Positions 19,474 through 29,400 of a DNA stretch of 40,106 nucleotides are shown here, in pieces. The DNA lies in NCBI GenBank assembly GCA_964635825.1, contig CAZWQJ010000004.1:1-40106 (forward strand), written 5' to 3'. A program made the position numbers and the translations under genes. This DNA comes from an uncultured Victivallales bacterium. Its GTDB lineage: Bacteria > Verrucomicrobiota > Kiritimatiellia > UBA8416 > JAIOPI01. The notes beneath the pieces were generated by a model. That model was not told the origin of the DNA and made no database searches. It saw nothing but the letters and a program-made list of their open reading frames with translations. Numbering within the stretch: position 1 is the first letter of the stretch; each line of letters begins with the position of its first letter.

Positions 19474-20742
19474 CTAGCCCACTTTCACCAAGTGAAATGT
19501 CTTCTTGCCGGAGCGCAGCACCAACAGGCGGCCGCCAACGATGTCCGCCTGGCCAACCGTCTGCGCCGCATCCGCAACGCGGCGGTTATTCAAATAGAGC
19601 CCGCCGCTCTCGATCAGACGCCGCACGGCTCCCCGGCTCGCCGCCAGCCCGGTCTTCTCCACCAGCGCCACCACCGCCGCACCCTCCACCTCCGCGGCCG
19701 GCAGCGCCGTCGACGGCACATCCCGGAACACATCCAGCAGCACGTCCGCCTCGAGCCCATCCATCGACTCGCCGAACATGACTGCACTGGCGCGCTGGGC
19801 GCCACGCAGGCCATCCTCACCGTGCACCGCCCGCGTCACCTCCTCGGCCAGCCGACGCTGCGCCAGGCGCTGCTCCGGCTTCTCGCGCGTCGCCGCTTCC
19901 AGCTCGGCAATCTCCTCCATCGGCACGAAGGTAAATACTTTCAAGAAACGGATCACATCCGCATCCGCGCTGCGTACAAAGAACTGGAAAAAGGCGTACG
20001 GCGATGTGCGCGCCGCATCGAGGTACACCGCATTGCCCGCGCTCTTGCCGAATTTCTGGCCATTGCTGTCGCACACGAGCGGCGACGTCACCCCGTAGGC
20101 GTCCTTGCTCCGCAGCCGCCGGATGAACTCAATCCCGGCCGTGATGTTGCCCCACTGATCCGAGCCGCCCACCTGCACCGTGCAGCCCTCGCGGTCATGC
20201 AGGTGCAAAAAATCGTAGGCCTGCAGCAGCTGGTAGCTGAACTCCGTGTAGCTCATGCCGCTGGCGCTGTTCAGCCGGGCGCGCACACTCTCCCGCCCAA
20301 GCATCGTGCCCATGCGGAAGTGCTTGCCCACATCGCGCAGAAACACCAGGAACGGGAACGCCCCCAGCCAATCGTGATTGTTCACGATCGTCGCCGGCGC
20401 CGTCGGATGCTCAAAATCCAGGAAGCGCGAGAGGTTCTCCCGAATGCCCTCGGCGTTGCGCCGGACATCCTCCTCGCTCAACAGCGGCCGCTCCTGCTCT
20501 TTGCCGGACGGATCGCCGATCAGGGCCGTCGCGCCACCCACCAGCGCGATCACGCGGTGCCCGCAGCGCTGAAAATGCGCCAGCGACATGATGGCCACCA
20601 GGTTGCCCGCCTGCAGGCTGGAACTCGTGGGGTCAAACCCCGCATACACAACCGCCGGCTTCGCCAGGATCGTCTCCAGGTCCGCCTGCGTCATGTCCTC
20701 CAACAGCCCGCGCTCACGCAAGGTCGCTATGACGTTTGCCAT
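19474..20742 (-). CDS. tyrS: Tyrosine--tRNA ligase
   Basis: YAGFDPT, IGDPSGK, EFSYQLLQAYDF, QVGGSDQWGNI, KFGKS and a C-terminal S4-like domain. The HIGH motif reads QAGN. Start placed at ATG 20742. Confidence 0.96.
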   Translation of the reverse strand: MANVIATLRERGLLEDMTQADLETILAKPAVVYAGFDPTSSSLQAGNLVAIMSLAHFQRCGHRVIALVGGATALIGDPSGKEQERPLLSEEDVRRNAEGIRENLSRFLDFEHPTAPATIVNNHDWLGAFPFLVFLRDVGKHFRMGTMLGRESVRARLNSASGMSYTEFSYQLLQAYDFLHLHDREGCTVQVGGSDQWGNITAGIEFIRRLRSKDAYGVTSPLVCDSNGQKFGKSAGNAVYLDAARTSPYAFFQFFVRSADADVIRFLKVFTFVPMEEIAELEAATREKPEQRLAQRRLAEEVTRAVHGEDGLRGAQRASAVMFGESMDGLEADVLLDVFRDVPSTALPAAEVEGAAVVALVEKTGLAASRGAVRRLIESGGLYLNNRRVADAAQTVGQADIVGGRLLVLRSGKKTFHLVKVG

Positions 20743-20748
20743 CTCTAC

Positions 20749-20781
20749 ACAAGAAAGGCGCACCGACGATCGGTGCGCCTT
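20749..20781 (-). terminator. Rho-independent terminator of rpsA
   Basis: 12-bp inverted repeat AAGGCGCACCGA-cga-TCGGTGCGCCTT (20755-20781) running into TTTCTTGT on the minus strand, about 30 nt after the rpsA stop. Confidence 0.8.
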
Positions 20782-20811
20782 CCCCTTTCCAAGCTCGTGG
20801 TTCGGCGCGAC

Positions 20812-22629
20812 CTACTCGTCGTCCTCGTCTTCCGCGTGCTCGTTCTTGCGGCGCTTGCCGCCGCCACTCTGGCCCGGACGCCATTCCTCAGGCGATCCCA
20901 TGGCCAACCCGCCGAGCGCCTCGTCAAAGGCCCCCGCCAGATCCACCATGTCTTCACCGCGGCGCAGCCCTTCGATCATGTCGTCGCGCTGCCGCATGAA
21001 CTCGTCATCCGGCATCTTCGCCGCCTTGATGCTGAGCCCGATACGACGCTCGGCCCGATCGATGCGCATGATGCGCGCCTCAATCTCGTCGCCGATGTTG
21101 AGCACGTCCTTGACGCGTTCCACACGCTCGTCGCTGATCTGCGAGATGTGCACCAGCCCATCCACGCCTTCTTCGATCTCCACGAACGCACCGAACGAAG
21201 CCACCTTCGTGATCTTGCCCTTGACGATCTGGCCCACTTCGAAGCGCGCCATGATCGAGTTCCAGGGATCGTCCTGCGCCTGCTTGAGACCAAGGCTGAT
21301 CCGGTTCTGCGTCGGGTCCACTTCCAACACCACCGCTTCCACCTCGTCCGCCTTGTTCAGCAGCTCCGAGGGATGGTTGATCTTGCGCGTCCACGACATG
21401 TCCGAAATGTGAATCATGCCGTCGATGCCGTCCTCGAGCTCCACGAAGGCGCCATAGGACGTGAAGTTGCGAACCGTGCCCTTGACGCGCGACCCCACCG
21501 GGTAGCGCTCCTGCACCGTGTCCCAAGGATTGTCCTCGGTCTGTCGCACGCCCAACGCAATCTTCTGCTCGGACTTGTTGATGCTGAGGACGACCACATC
21601 GACCTCCTGCCCAACCGCCAGAACATCCGACGCGCGCGCAATGCGGCGGGTCCACGACAACTCGGAGACGTGCACCAACCCTTCCACGCCGCGCTCGATC
21701 TCGACAAACGCGCCGTACGGAACCAGATTGACGACCTTGCCGTGCAGTCGGCTGCCCACCGGGAACTTGTTCTCGATGTCGTCCCACGGATTCGGCTGCG
21801 CCTGCTTCAGACCCAGCGACACGCGCTCGCGATCCTGATCCACTTCCAGAATCTGGACTTCCAGCTCCTGACCCACCGACACCATCTCGGACGGATGCTT
21901 GATCCGGCCCCAGCTCATGTCCGTGATGTGCAACAGCCCGTCCAGTCCGTCCAGGTCCACGAACACGCCGAAGTCGGTGATGTTCTTGACGCGACCCTTG
22001 CGCTTCTGGCCCACTTCGATCGTCGCCATCAGCTGCTTCTTCTTCTCGCGCAGGCGCTCCTCAAGCAGCTCGCGGCGCGACAGAATGATGTTCTTCCGTT
22101 CCGAGCTGATCTTGATGATCTTGAACTCGTACTTGTTGCCGATCAGGATATCCGTGTTGCGCACCGGCACCACGTCGATCTGCGAACCCGGCAGGAATGA
22201 CTCCACGCCGTCCACATCCACGATCAGGCCGCCACGCACACGCCCCTTGATGACACCCTCGGCGACGCTGCCTTCCTGGTAACGCTGCAGCATGCTTTCC
22301 CAGCGGAGCTGTTCGTCCGCCTTCTGCTTGCTGAGAATCACCATGCCCTCATCGTCCTCGATCTGCGAAAGCAGAACGTTGAGCGAATCGCCGGGCTTCA
22401 CGTTTTCCAGACCGCCAAATTCGTGTGCGGGGATGACGCCTTCGGACTTGTAACCGATGTCGACCAGGACTTCGCTGCCCCGGACTTCCAGAACCTTGCC
22501 GGGGACAATGGATCCCTCAACGAAGTCCTTCATGGTCTCGTCGTAGAGACTGGCGAGCTCGGCACGGCTAGCGTCCGTCAACTCCGTCAGATTAAACTCC
22601 ACGCGCTTCTTGGATTGTACTTGTTCCAT
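20812..22629 (-). CDS. rpsA: 30S ribosomal protein S1 (six S1 domains, acidic tail)
   Basis: VDIGYKSEG, FLPGSQID, KNITDFGVFVDL, GLLHITDMSW, GLVHVSELSW, RISLGLKQ. Six S1 repeats. Start is ATG 22629 (alternative GTG 22638). Confidence 0.98.
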   Translation of the reverse strand: MEQVQSKKRVEFNLTELTDASRAELASLYDETMKDFVEGSIVPGKVLEVRGSEVLVDIGYKSEGVIPAHEFGGLENVKPGDSLNVLLSQIEDDEGMVILSKQKADEQLRWESMLQRYQEGSVAEGVIKGRVRGGLIVDVDGVESFLPGSQIDVVPVRNTDILIGNKYEFKIIKISSERKNIILSRRELLEERLREKKKQLMATIEVGQKRKGRVKNITDFGVFVDLDGLDGLLHITDMSWGRIKHPSEMVSVGQELEVQILEVDQDRERVSLGLKQAQPNPWDDIENKFPVGSRLHGKVVNLVPYGAFVEIERGVEGLVHVSELSWTRRIARASDVLAVGQEVDVVVLSINKSEQKIALGVRQTEDNPWDTVQERYPVGSRVKGTVRNFTSYGAFVELEDGIDGMIHISDMSWTRKINHPSELLNKADEVEAVVLEVDPTQNRISLGLKQAQDDPWNSIMARFEVGQIVKGKITKVASFGAFVEIEEGVDGLVHISQISDERVERVKDVLNIGDEIEARIMRIDRAERRIGLSIKAAKMPDDEFMRQRDDMIEGLRRGEDMVDLAGAFDEALGGLAMGSPEEWRPGQSGGGKRRKNEHAEDEDDE

Positions 22630-22713
22630 ACCAACCACTTACTTGTTGAACCGTCGTGCAGCCGTTACTCCACACCCCCAGGTGCGGCAACTGCATTGTG
22701 AACGCGAACAGAA

Positions 22714-22742
22714 AGGATAGCCCACCGACGGATGCACAGCAA
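22714..22742 (-). promoter_or_regulatory. Putative sigma70 promoter of rpsA
   Basis: Minus strand TTGCTG-17 nt-TATCCT about 85 nt upstream of the rpsA start. Confidence 0.5.
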
Positions 22743-22808
22743 GAACCAACTGAGATCACGCAACTAACGCAAGCACAACTGGTTACAAAGATAGAACCGC
22801 GCACCCTA

Positions 22809-23210
22809 TTAGCTGATCGAGCCCACGACCCCGGACTGCGGGGGCTCCGCCGTCAGAAGCCACGGGATGGCTTCTTCGCGTGTGGCAAAAACCCGAATCT
22901 GGAATGGGAGGTTCCTCGCTTCCACGCAATACATGTCGAGCTGGGCGCGGTGAAACGCATCCGTGGCCACCATGGCGCTTCGCTTCACGCCGGTCCGAGC
23001 CGGCACCATGCCGCGCGTGGCCTCCGCGATACTGCTGTAGGCGGATAGCGGAACCTGGCACTCCGACGCGATCATCCACAGGTCCGGCCGCGCCTTCTCC
23101 GGATCCCGCCGGCACAACTCCGACAGGATGGCGATGATGTCCTGCAAGCCCACATAGCCCCAGACCTGCACTTCCGTATACGCGTCCTGTTCCTCGATCT
23201 TGTAGGCCAT
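22809..23210 (-). CDS. Small SpoIIAA-like (STAS/SEC14) domain protein
   Basis: 133 aa with an alpha/beta pattern, KRSAMV strand and C-terminal IRVFATREEAIPWL (F...eeA..WL signature). Start placed at ATG 23210. Confidence 0.65.
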   Translation of the reverse strand: MAYKIEEQDAYTEVQVWGYVGLQDIIAILSELCRRDPEKARPDLWMIASECQVPLSAYSSIAEATRGMVPARTGVKRSAMVATDAFHRAQLDMYCVEARNLPFQIRVFATREEAIPWLLTAEPPQSGVVGSIS

Positions 23211-23288
23211 ACGTCCCAGAACCCCGTTGCATCGCCGCACGCATCCGCGTCGGAACGCGCATGGCTTGTTCTTGAAAAGTGTGTGGCG

Positions 23289-23317
23289 ACGCTATGCAAT
23301 ATTTCCCCGGGACTCAA
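23289..23317 (-). promoter_or_regulatory. Putative sigma70 promoter of the SpoIIAA-like gene
   Basis: Minus strand TTGAGT-17 nt-TAGCGT within an AT-rich patch (about 23265-23337). Confidence 0.35.
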
Positions 23318-23406
23318 GTTGAAACTTATATACATAGACCGTGGATGCGAGTCGCGACGCCGGAGCAATCGAACGCTGCCGAACCGCGATCGCGTCCGGC
23401 CCTTAG

Positions 23407-23442
23407 CCCGCCTATTGCACGAGGACTCGTGCGACATGCGGG
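23407..23442 (-). terminator. Hairpin immediately after the stop of the giant CotH gene (terminator-like, no U-tract)
   Basis: Core GCACGA-ggac-TCGTGC (23417-23432) extended by outer CCCGC/GCGGG pairing. There is no poly-U, so function is uncertain. Confidence 0.35.
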
Positions 23443-26400
23443 TTAGGGTGAAACGATCCAGACGCGGCCGCGGAAATAGCGCGGGGTGGTGGCGGGCGCG
23501 GTGTTGGTGTACCAGATGGCGGAGGCCATGCCGCGCACGTTGGTAAAGGCCGGAATGCCTGCCCACGATGCGCCCAGCAGCGGCGTGCACTCCTCAATCG
23601 CATAGAACCGATCGGCGACTCCGTAGGCGGCATCGCCCGGCAACCCGAACAATTCAATCCTCTGCAGCGATGGGCCGATCGTAACCAACCCGATGCGGAA
23701 ACGATCATCGGGATCCGTGGGATCCGTGCCGGCAACAAATTCGGCGCCGTTCAGCGCGCCATCGCCATCCCAATCGTCGAGGGCATCCCCGTCGGGCTCC
23801 TGAGTGCCTCCAAAGAAGTCGCGCTCCCATGCATCCGGCAAGCCGTCCGTGTCGTCGTCCAGCACCAGCGGTCCGTCGCCGAACGTCGTCACCATGGCAT
23901 TGGACGCAACGGTCAGGTAGCAGGCCCGCACCCAGGCCGGGGTCCAGGCTGCGGAGGCGATCCGCACATCATCCACGGTTCCGGAAAGATGATACTCCGC
24001 CCCGGACTGCCCATTCATTTTGCCGATCAGCGGATCCCGGCTGGGCGTGAACAAGGGATACGGGAACGTCGCGGCCGACGGCAGCCCGTCGCGGTAGGCG
24101 CGCCCCAGTCCGTTGTTCAGAACCAGCGTCAGCATCTGCCATTCGCCGGGGAGAACCGCATGGCTGCGATCCACACCGGACGTGTTCCCAACCAGGAATT
24201 TCCAGGCCCCGGAGGACTGCGTGATGTAGAAGGGTGTATCGCGTCCACCGCCGAATCCACCCCAGGCCGTGGCGTTCTCTTCGGCCGTCGGACGCACCCA
24301 GAGAGAGACTGTCGTCGCCGCTGAGTTGGATCCATACCAAGCCGCGGACAGGCCAGGATGAATCCAGTCGTCGACGCCGTCGAGCGACCGACCCCCGGCC
24401 ACGATTCCTGCCACCGCCGCGGTCCCCGTGACGCTCGCCATGGCGCGGTAGGCCGATGAGTCGGCCAGGCCGCTCTGGAAGTGGTACACGCGTTGGCAAC
24501 CGGAATTCCAGACGGCACCATTCGTGGCGGACGCGGGCGGCAGTGCGGCCGGGTTCCCCCGGAAGGCCCACAACTCGGTCGCCCCCGGCGCGATCCGCGG
24601 CACCTGTACCCACACATGCGACACCCCATTCGTATCCCAGCTCTCCACCTCATACGGCAACGCCGCGGCCCTGATGCCCGTCGAGAAGCGCAGATCGCCA
24701 CCATCGGCTCGACCGAAATTGTCGTAGCGGAAGCCGGGAATATTCGTGCTGAGAATCACCAGCGCCGGGAAGTTGGTCAGCACGTCCGCCGTGGTCAATC
24801 CACGCAAGGTAATGCGCAGCGTGTGGGGCCACTGGTCATAGGTCAGGCCGAAGGGGGTCGACTCCGTCGCCCACCCCACGCCCCAGTCGTTGGAGGCATG
24901 CGCGCGGTACCAATACTCCTGCCCCAGTTCCAGGCCGCCCACCACTCGCGCAAACGCGCCTTCATCCCCCTCACCCACCGACTCCACGTGCTCCCACCCC
25001 AGCGCGTTCGAGCCCCCATCCATCCGCCCCCAGTAGAAGGACAGGGTGGCCGCACCGCTGCCCAGCAGGCGCCCGTGCAGTTGCGCGGAGAACTCGCCCA
25101 CATCGGTGGCCCCGCTCGCGTTGTCCACGCGTTGCGCCGACACCGTGGCGGGTGCGCTGGCATGCGCGCCAGCTCCGTCCGTCAACACCGCCGAGAACAC
25201 ATGCGGGCCCGTTGCATCCAGCAGCGGCAACGGAACCGCGTACGGCGCCGTTGGGTCGCTTCCCAGCCAGGTGGCCCCCTGATAGAAAGCCACCGACTGC
25301 ACCGCACCCGTCAGTAGATTCGTATCCACCACCACACTCACCACGCCCGTCACCGGCAGCAGCAATCGGCTGCCGGGAATCGGCTGGGCCACGCCCACGA
25401 CCCGCGGGCCTGCCCCCGGCGTCGGGATCGCCGCCACCCGCCAAGCCTCCGGAAGCACCCCCGCCCGGCTGGGATCCTGGCGCTGCAGGGACGCACCGCT
25501 TCCCGAAAATCCACTCGGCCAGGGCGCATAGGGCGCGAACAGCACTTCGTCCTGAATGCCCCACACCGTGTCGCCACCCATGACGTCCGGCGCGTCGGAC
25601 CACTCCAAAGTCACGCGGTCGCCCTCGTTCGCCAGCTTGCCCTCGAATGGCCCCACCAGCTGCACCTGCCCGTTGGTGAGCCCGTAGCGGAACAGAAACG
25701 CGTCACGCTCGGCAATGTCCAGCGCGGGGCTGAAGGAGACGACGGCAAGATAGCCACCCGCGGGAACCACGAGCCCGGCGGGAAACGCGAACTGCACGCC
25801 CCCGTCCAGCCGCCAGGGTCCCTCCCCGCTGTACAACGCAAGCGGTGCCGCCGTCGGGTTGTGGATCTCGATGAACTCATCATGCGGGTCACCATCGGGT
25901 GCCGCCGCATTGGTGACCGGGTGCGGCATCCATTCGCTGATGACCAGCCCACCGAGCGGCGCCCCGTTGGCCGACCCGCGCGTCGGCGTCATCGCGTACC
26001 ACGCCGGCGCTCCATCCACGTAGCGGCCGAGGCTGATGTCATTCGCCTGGCCCTTCAGTCGCACGCCATCCGCCACCCGATCCATGGCGGTCCCGGGCAA
26101 GTAGGACAGGAAAAGCTCTTCGCCCGCCTTGTTCAGGCCGAACCCATTCGTCAACGGGCTGTGGAAGCCGCTGATCTCGTCGAAGCTGATCCAGGCGCCG
26201 GCCCCGACGGTGTGAACCGCCGGGATGGCCCACTTCTTCAACTCATCGCCATCGTCGCTCAGGTACCAACCGGCCAGCGATACCGCCCCGGCCGCCCGGT
26301 TGAAGAGCTCAATCCAATCGTTGGAGTCGTACCCCGGGAAGTTCACCGGGTCGTCATAGTCGGTGTGGGCCATGACTTCGTTCAGCACCACATCCACCGG

Positions 26401-29400
26401 CGGCGCGGGATCGGCAACGCCGGGGGAACCATGGCGGTAGGCGCTCGCGCGCCAGAACGCCCCATGGCTGAGGCGCGGGCTCAGCGGCTCGTCCATCAGC
26501 GCGGGCACCAGGGAGTGGCCAGCGCCGTCCGCCGTCAGCGGCCACTCGCGGCCGTCGCCATAGCTGAAACTCACAAGCGTCGGCCCGTACGGCGTGGCCT
26601 TGAGCCGCAGCCGCTCGCCGCTGTTGGCGAGGCTGCCGCCATACACCCCGGCCACCGGCACGGCATTCGTGTTGTAGCGCGCCGCGAACGCCGCCAGGTT
26701 GTTGACCAGCACCACGTGGCCGCCCGCCGGAAGGAAACGATCGGCCGCGAACGTGAACGCGATCCCATCGGTGAACGTCACGTCGCGCAGGTTCAGCGTG
26801 GACACACCCGCATTGTATAGCTCCACGAACTCCACTTCGTTACTCACGAGCACGCCCGCACCCGCCGCCGGATGGTACATCACTTCGCTGATCCGCAGCG
26901 GGAACGTGGCCTGATCGAATGGCGCAAACACCGCCGTCAGGTTCGACGAGCCGGCCAGCGTGAACGTGAGCGGGTTGCTCCGGTTCGTCGAGAGCCCCTG
27001 CCAGCCCGCGAATTGGTAGCCATCCTCGGGAATGGCCGCCGCCTGCATGGATACCCCCGGATAGTAGAGCCCCGTCCACGGATACACACCATTCGTCACG
27101 CCACGTAGATTCGCGTCGAGCTCCAGGCGGTTGACCCGCACCTTTCCCCGCCCGGGCGTCACCGCGTCCACCTTCAGATTCACCATCGGCCCCAAGCCGA
27201 ATTTCGTACGCACATTCTCGCGCTCAAACGCCGTGCGGTTGGCCACGTTGTTGCGCATCTGCGCCCACCACGAATCCAGGTTCTCGCCGCTGATGATCGG
27301 CCAGCGCCTCATGAACTCGTTGGTCACCGGACGCAGTTGCGCCACCATCGCATCGAAGCGCGTCAGCATCACATCCGCCCGAAAATCGCTGTTCATCAAG
27401 TCGGCGTACGTATTGATGAATCGCGCGCGAAACTCGGGGCTGTCTTTCAGGCGCACATACACGTTGTGGGGGAAGACATTACCGCTGAGCATGTCGGTCG
27501 TGTAGGAATCCTGGAAGCAGTGATCCAGATCGAACTGCAGCCAGCGCCAGCGGCCGTCCACCAGCCGCGGCCGGTACTTGGCCTCGTTCTGGTTGGGCCA
27601 GTCCGCCTTCACCCCAAAACTGGAATGCACCATGTACAAGATGTAGTTGTCCACATCGATCCGCGTCTGCGCCTGCGCATAGTTCGCAGGCACCGCCATG
27701 CTGTTGTTGTTCAGGAAGTCCATCGTGGCGTGCCAGTTCGTGTAGTCCCCCTCGTCCACGTACGAGTAATCCAGAACGCCATCCGGATCGAAGTCCGTGT
27801 AGGGGCCGGACCCGTAAAGGATGTCGTAGCCGGGATCGTCGCGATCCACGTCGTACTCATCCTCCAGATAGAAGGAGTTCTTGTTGGCTTCGCGCAATTC
27901 CTGCAGCCCCCAGTACTCGCCGTTGACGAAAACCACGCAGGGGCGATAGTCCTGGATGTCGAGGTCCCAGCGGTCGAGCAGGATGTGCGTGAAGGGGTCG
28001 TACAGCAGCCCGCGCCCGCGATAACTGCCCCACCCGCGCAACATAAAGCGCTTGAATTCGTCGCGCGTCGCCACGTCCGACCCAACCCCCGAAAACAGTG
28101 GGTACTTGAGCGAACTCTTGCCGTACTCCGAACGGGTGAACAAACTCAACCCCTTGTGCGGGCTGGCCACCGACGTGTTGCCCTGGATGCGCACGCCCAT
28201 GTCCTGCCGGAAACCGGCCACCCCGTTGGTCTCATACCACTCCATGTGCACCGGCTTCTCCCAGCGCTGGTAATAGTTGCCACTGTAGGTGCTGCCGGTG
28301 AACTTGTTGCCAGGCACGTAAATGCCCGTCGCCGCATCGAAGAAATTCTTGCGGTCCGTCACCAGCGAGATCACCGGCAACGTCCCATAGCGCCTGAACA
28401 TGCCCGGATCCACAAAGTAGGTCTGCGTCGCGATCGGACTCGGAATCATGCCGGGCGCAAACACCCGCGCGCGCACCACCGTCGCCTTGAACACCTCGCC
28501 CTGCGGCGGTTCCCAGATCGGCAACCAACTCCATTGCTGCCCGGTTGACGTCGGCGCCGTCGGAATCATCGAAAATACATTCGTCTCGCCGGCCCGGCTC
28601 TGGATGCTGAGGGGCGCCGCGTAGATCGGCGACGAACTCGTCGGCTCGCTGCCATCCAGCGTGTAACGAATCACCGCCCCCGCTCCCGACGCCGACAGCA
28701 CCACCGTCTGCGCATTCGTGTAAAACCCGCCCTCCAGCGAGAATGCCGGCTTGCCGGCCTGATCCTCGTAGCCCGCGGCGTTCACAGAACCGGGCGTAGG
28801 CGTCGTAAAAAAGCGCAGCGGCACAGCCCCGTTGGTCACCACCCCAATCAGCTTCGGGCCGATCAGCATGTCGGGGTCCCCGCTCGACGCATTCATCGCG
28901 TGGACGGACAGCACGTTGTTTCCATCCACCAGGGCGCCCCGGTACGCAGACACGTCGAAGGCCTGGTAATTCACCGCCTCCGCGTTGGATCGGACCGCCG
29001 TCGCCGTCGACGTGTAAGTCAGCATCGACGGGGCGTTGCTCTGCGCCACCAACACACCGTTCAGGTAGGCGGCAAAGCCGTCGTCGTACTGCGCGGAGAA
29101 CACCAACCGGTCATACTCCTCCGTCCCATTCAGCGCGAAGGTGTAGCGCAAATACATCGAGACCGTGCTGACGGAAACAGTTGCCGACAGATAGGGAGCA
29201 TAGGTGCCCGGGCTCAGCTCATAGCCGATGCTGCCGCGGACGGAGCGCCACACTGAATCGTCGAACCCAACGTGGTCGAGCCAACTATCCCCCACCAGCG
29301 GCCCGGGGATCAGCAGGCGTCCAGCAGAAGTCGCGCCCACCATGGTCGCATCGCGATCCGTCGCGATCCCGTACGAAACGTCGGAGAACTGGGCCGGAAA

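Noticed and set aside
18790-22200. 1136-aa plus-strand ORF
   Set aside because: Antisense shadow of rpsA/tyrS/uvrA. It is Arg/His/Ala-rich with no motifs, as expected from GC-rich codon bias.
23284-23298. Sigma54-like TGGC...TGCA element
   Set aside because: GG to GC spacing is 9 nt rather than the required 10, and it points away from the nearby gene.
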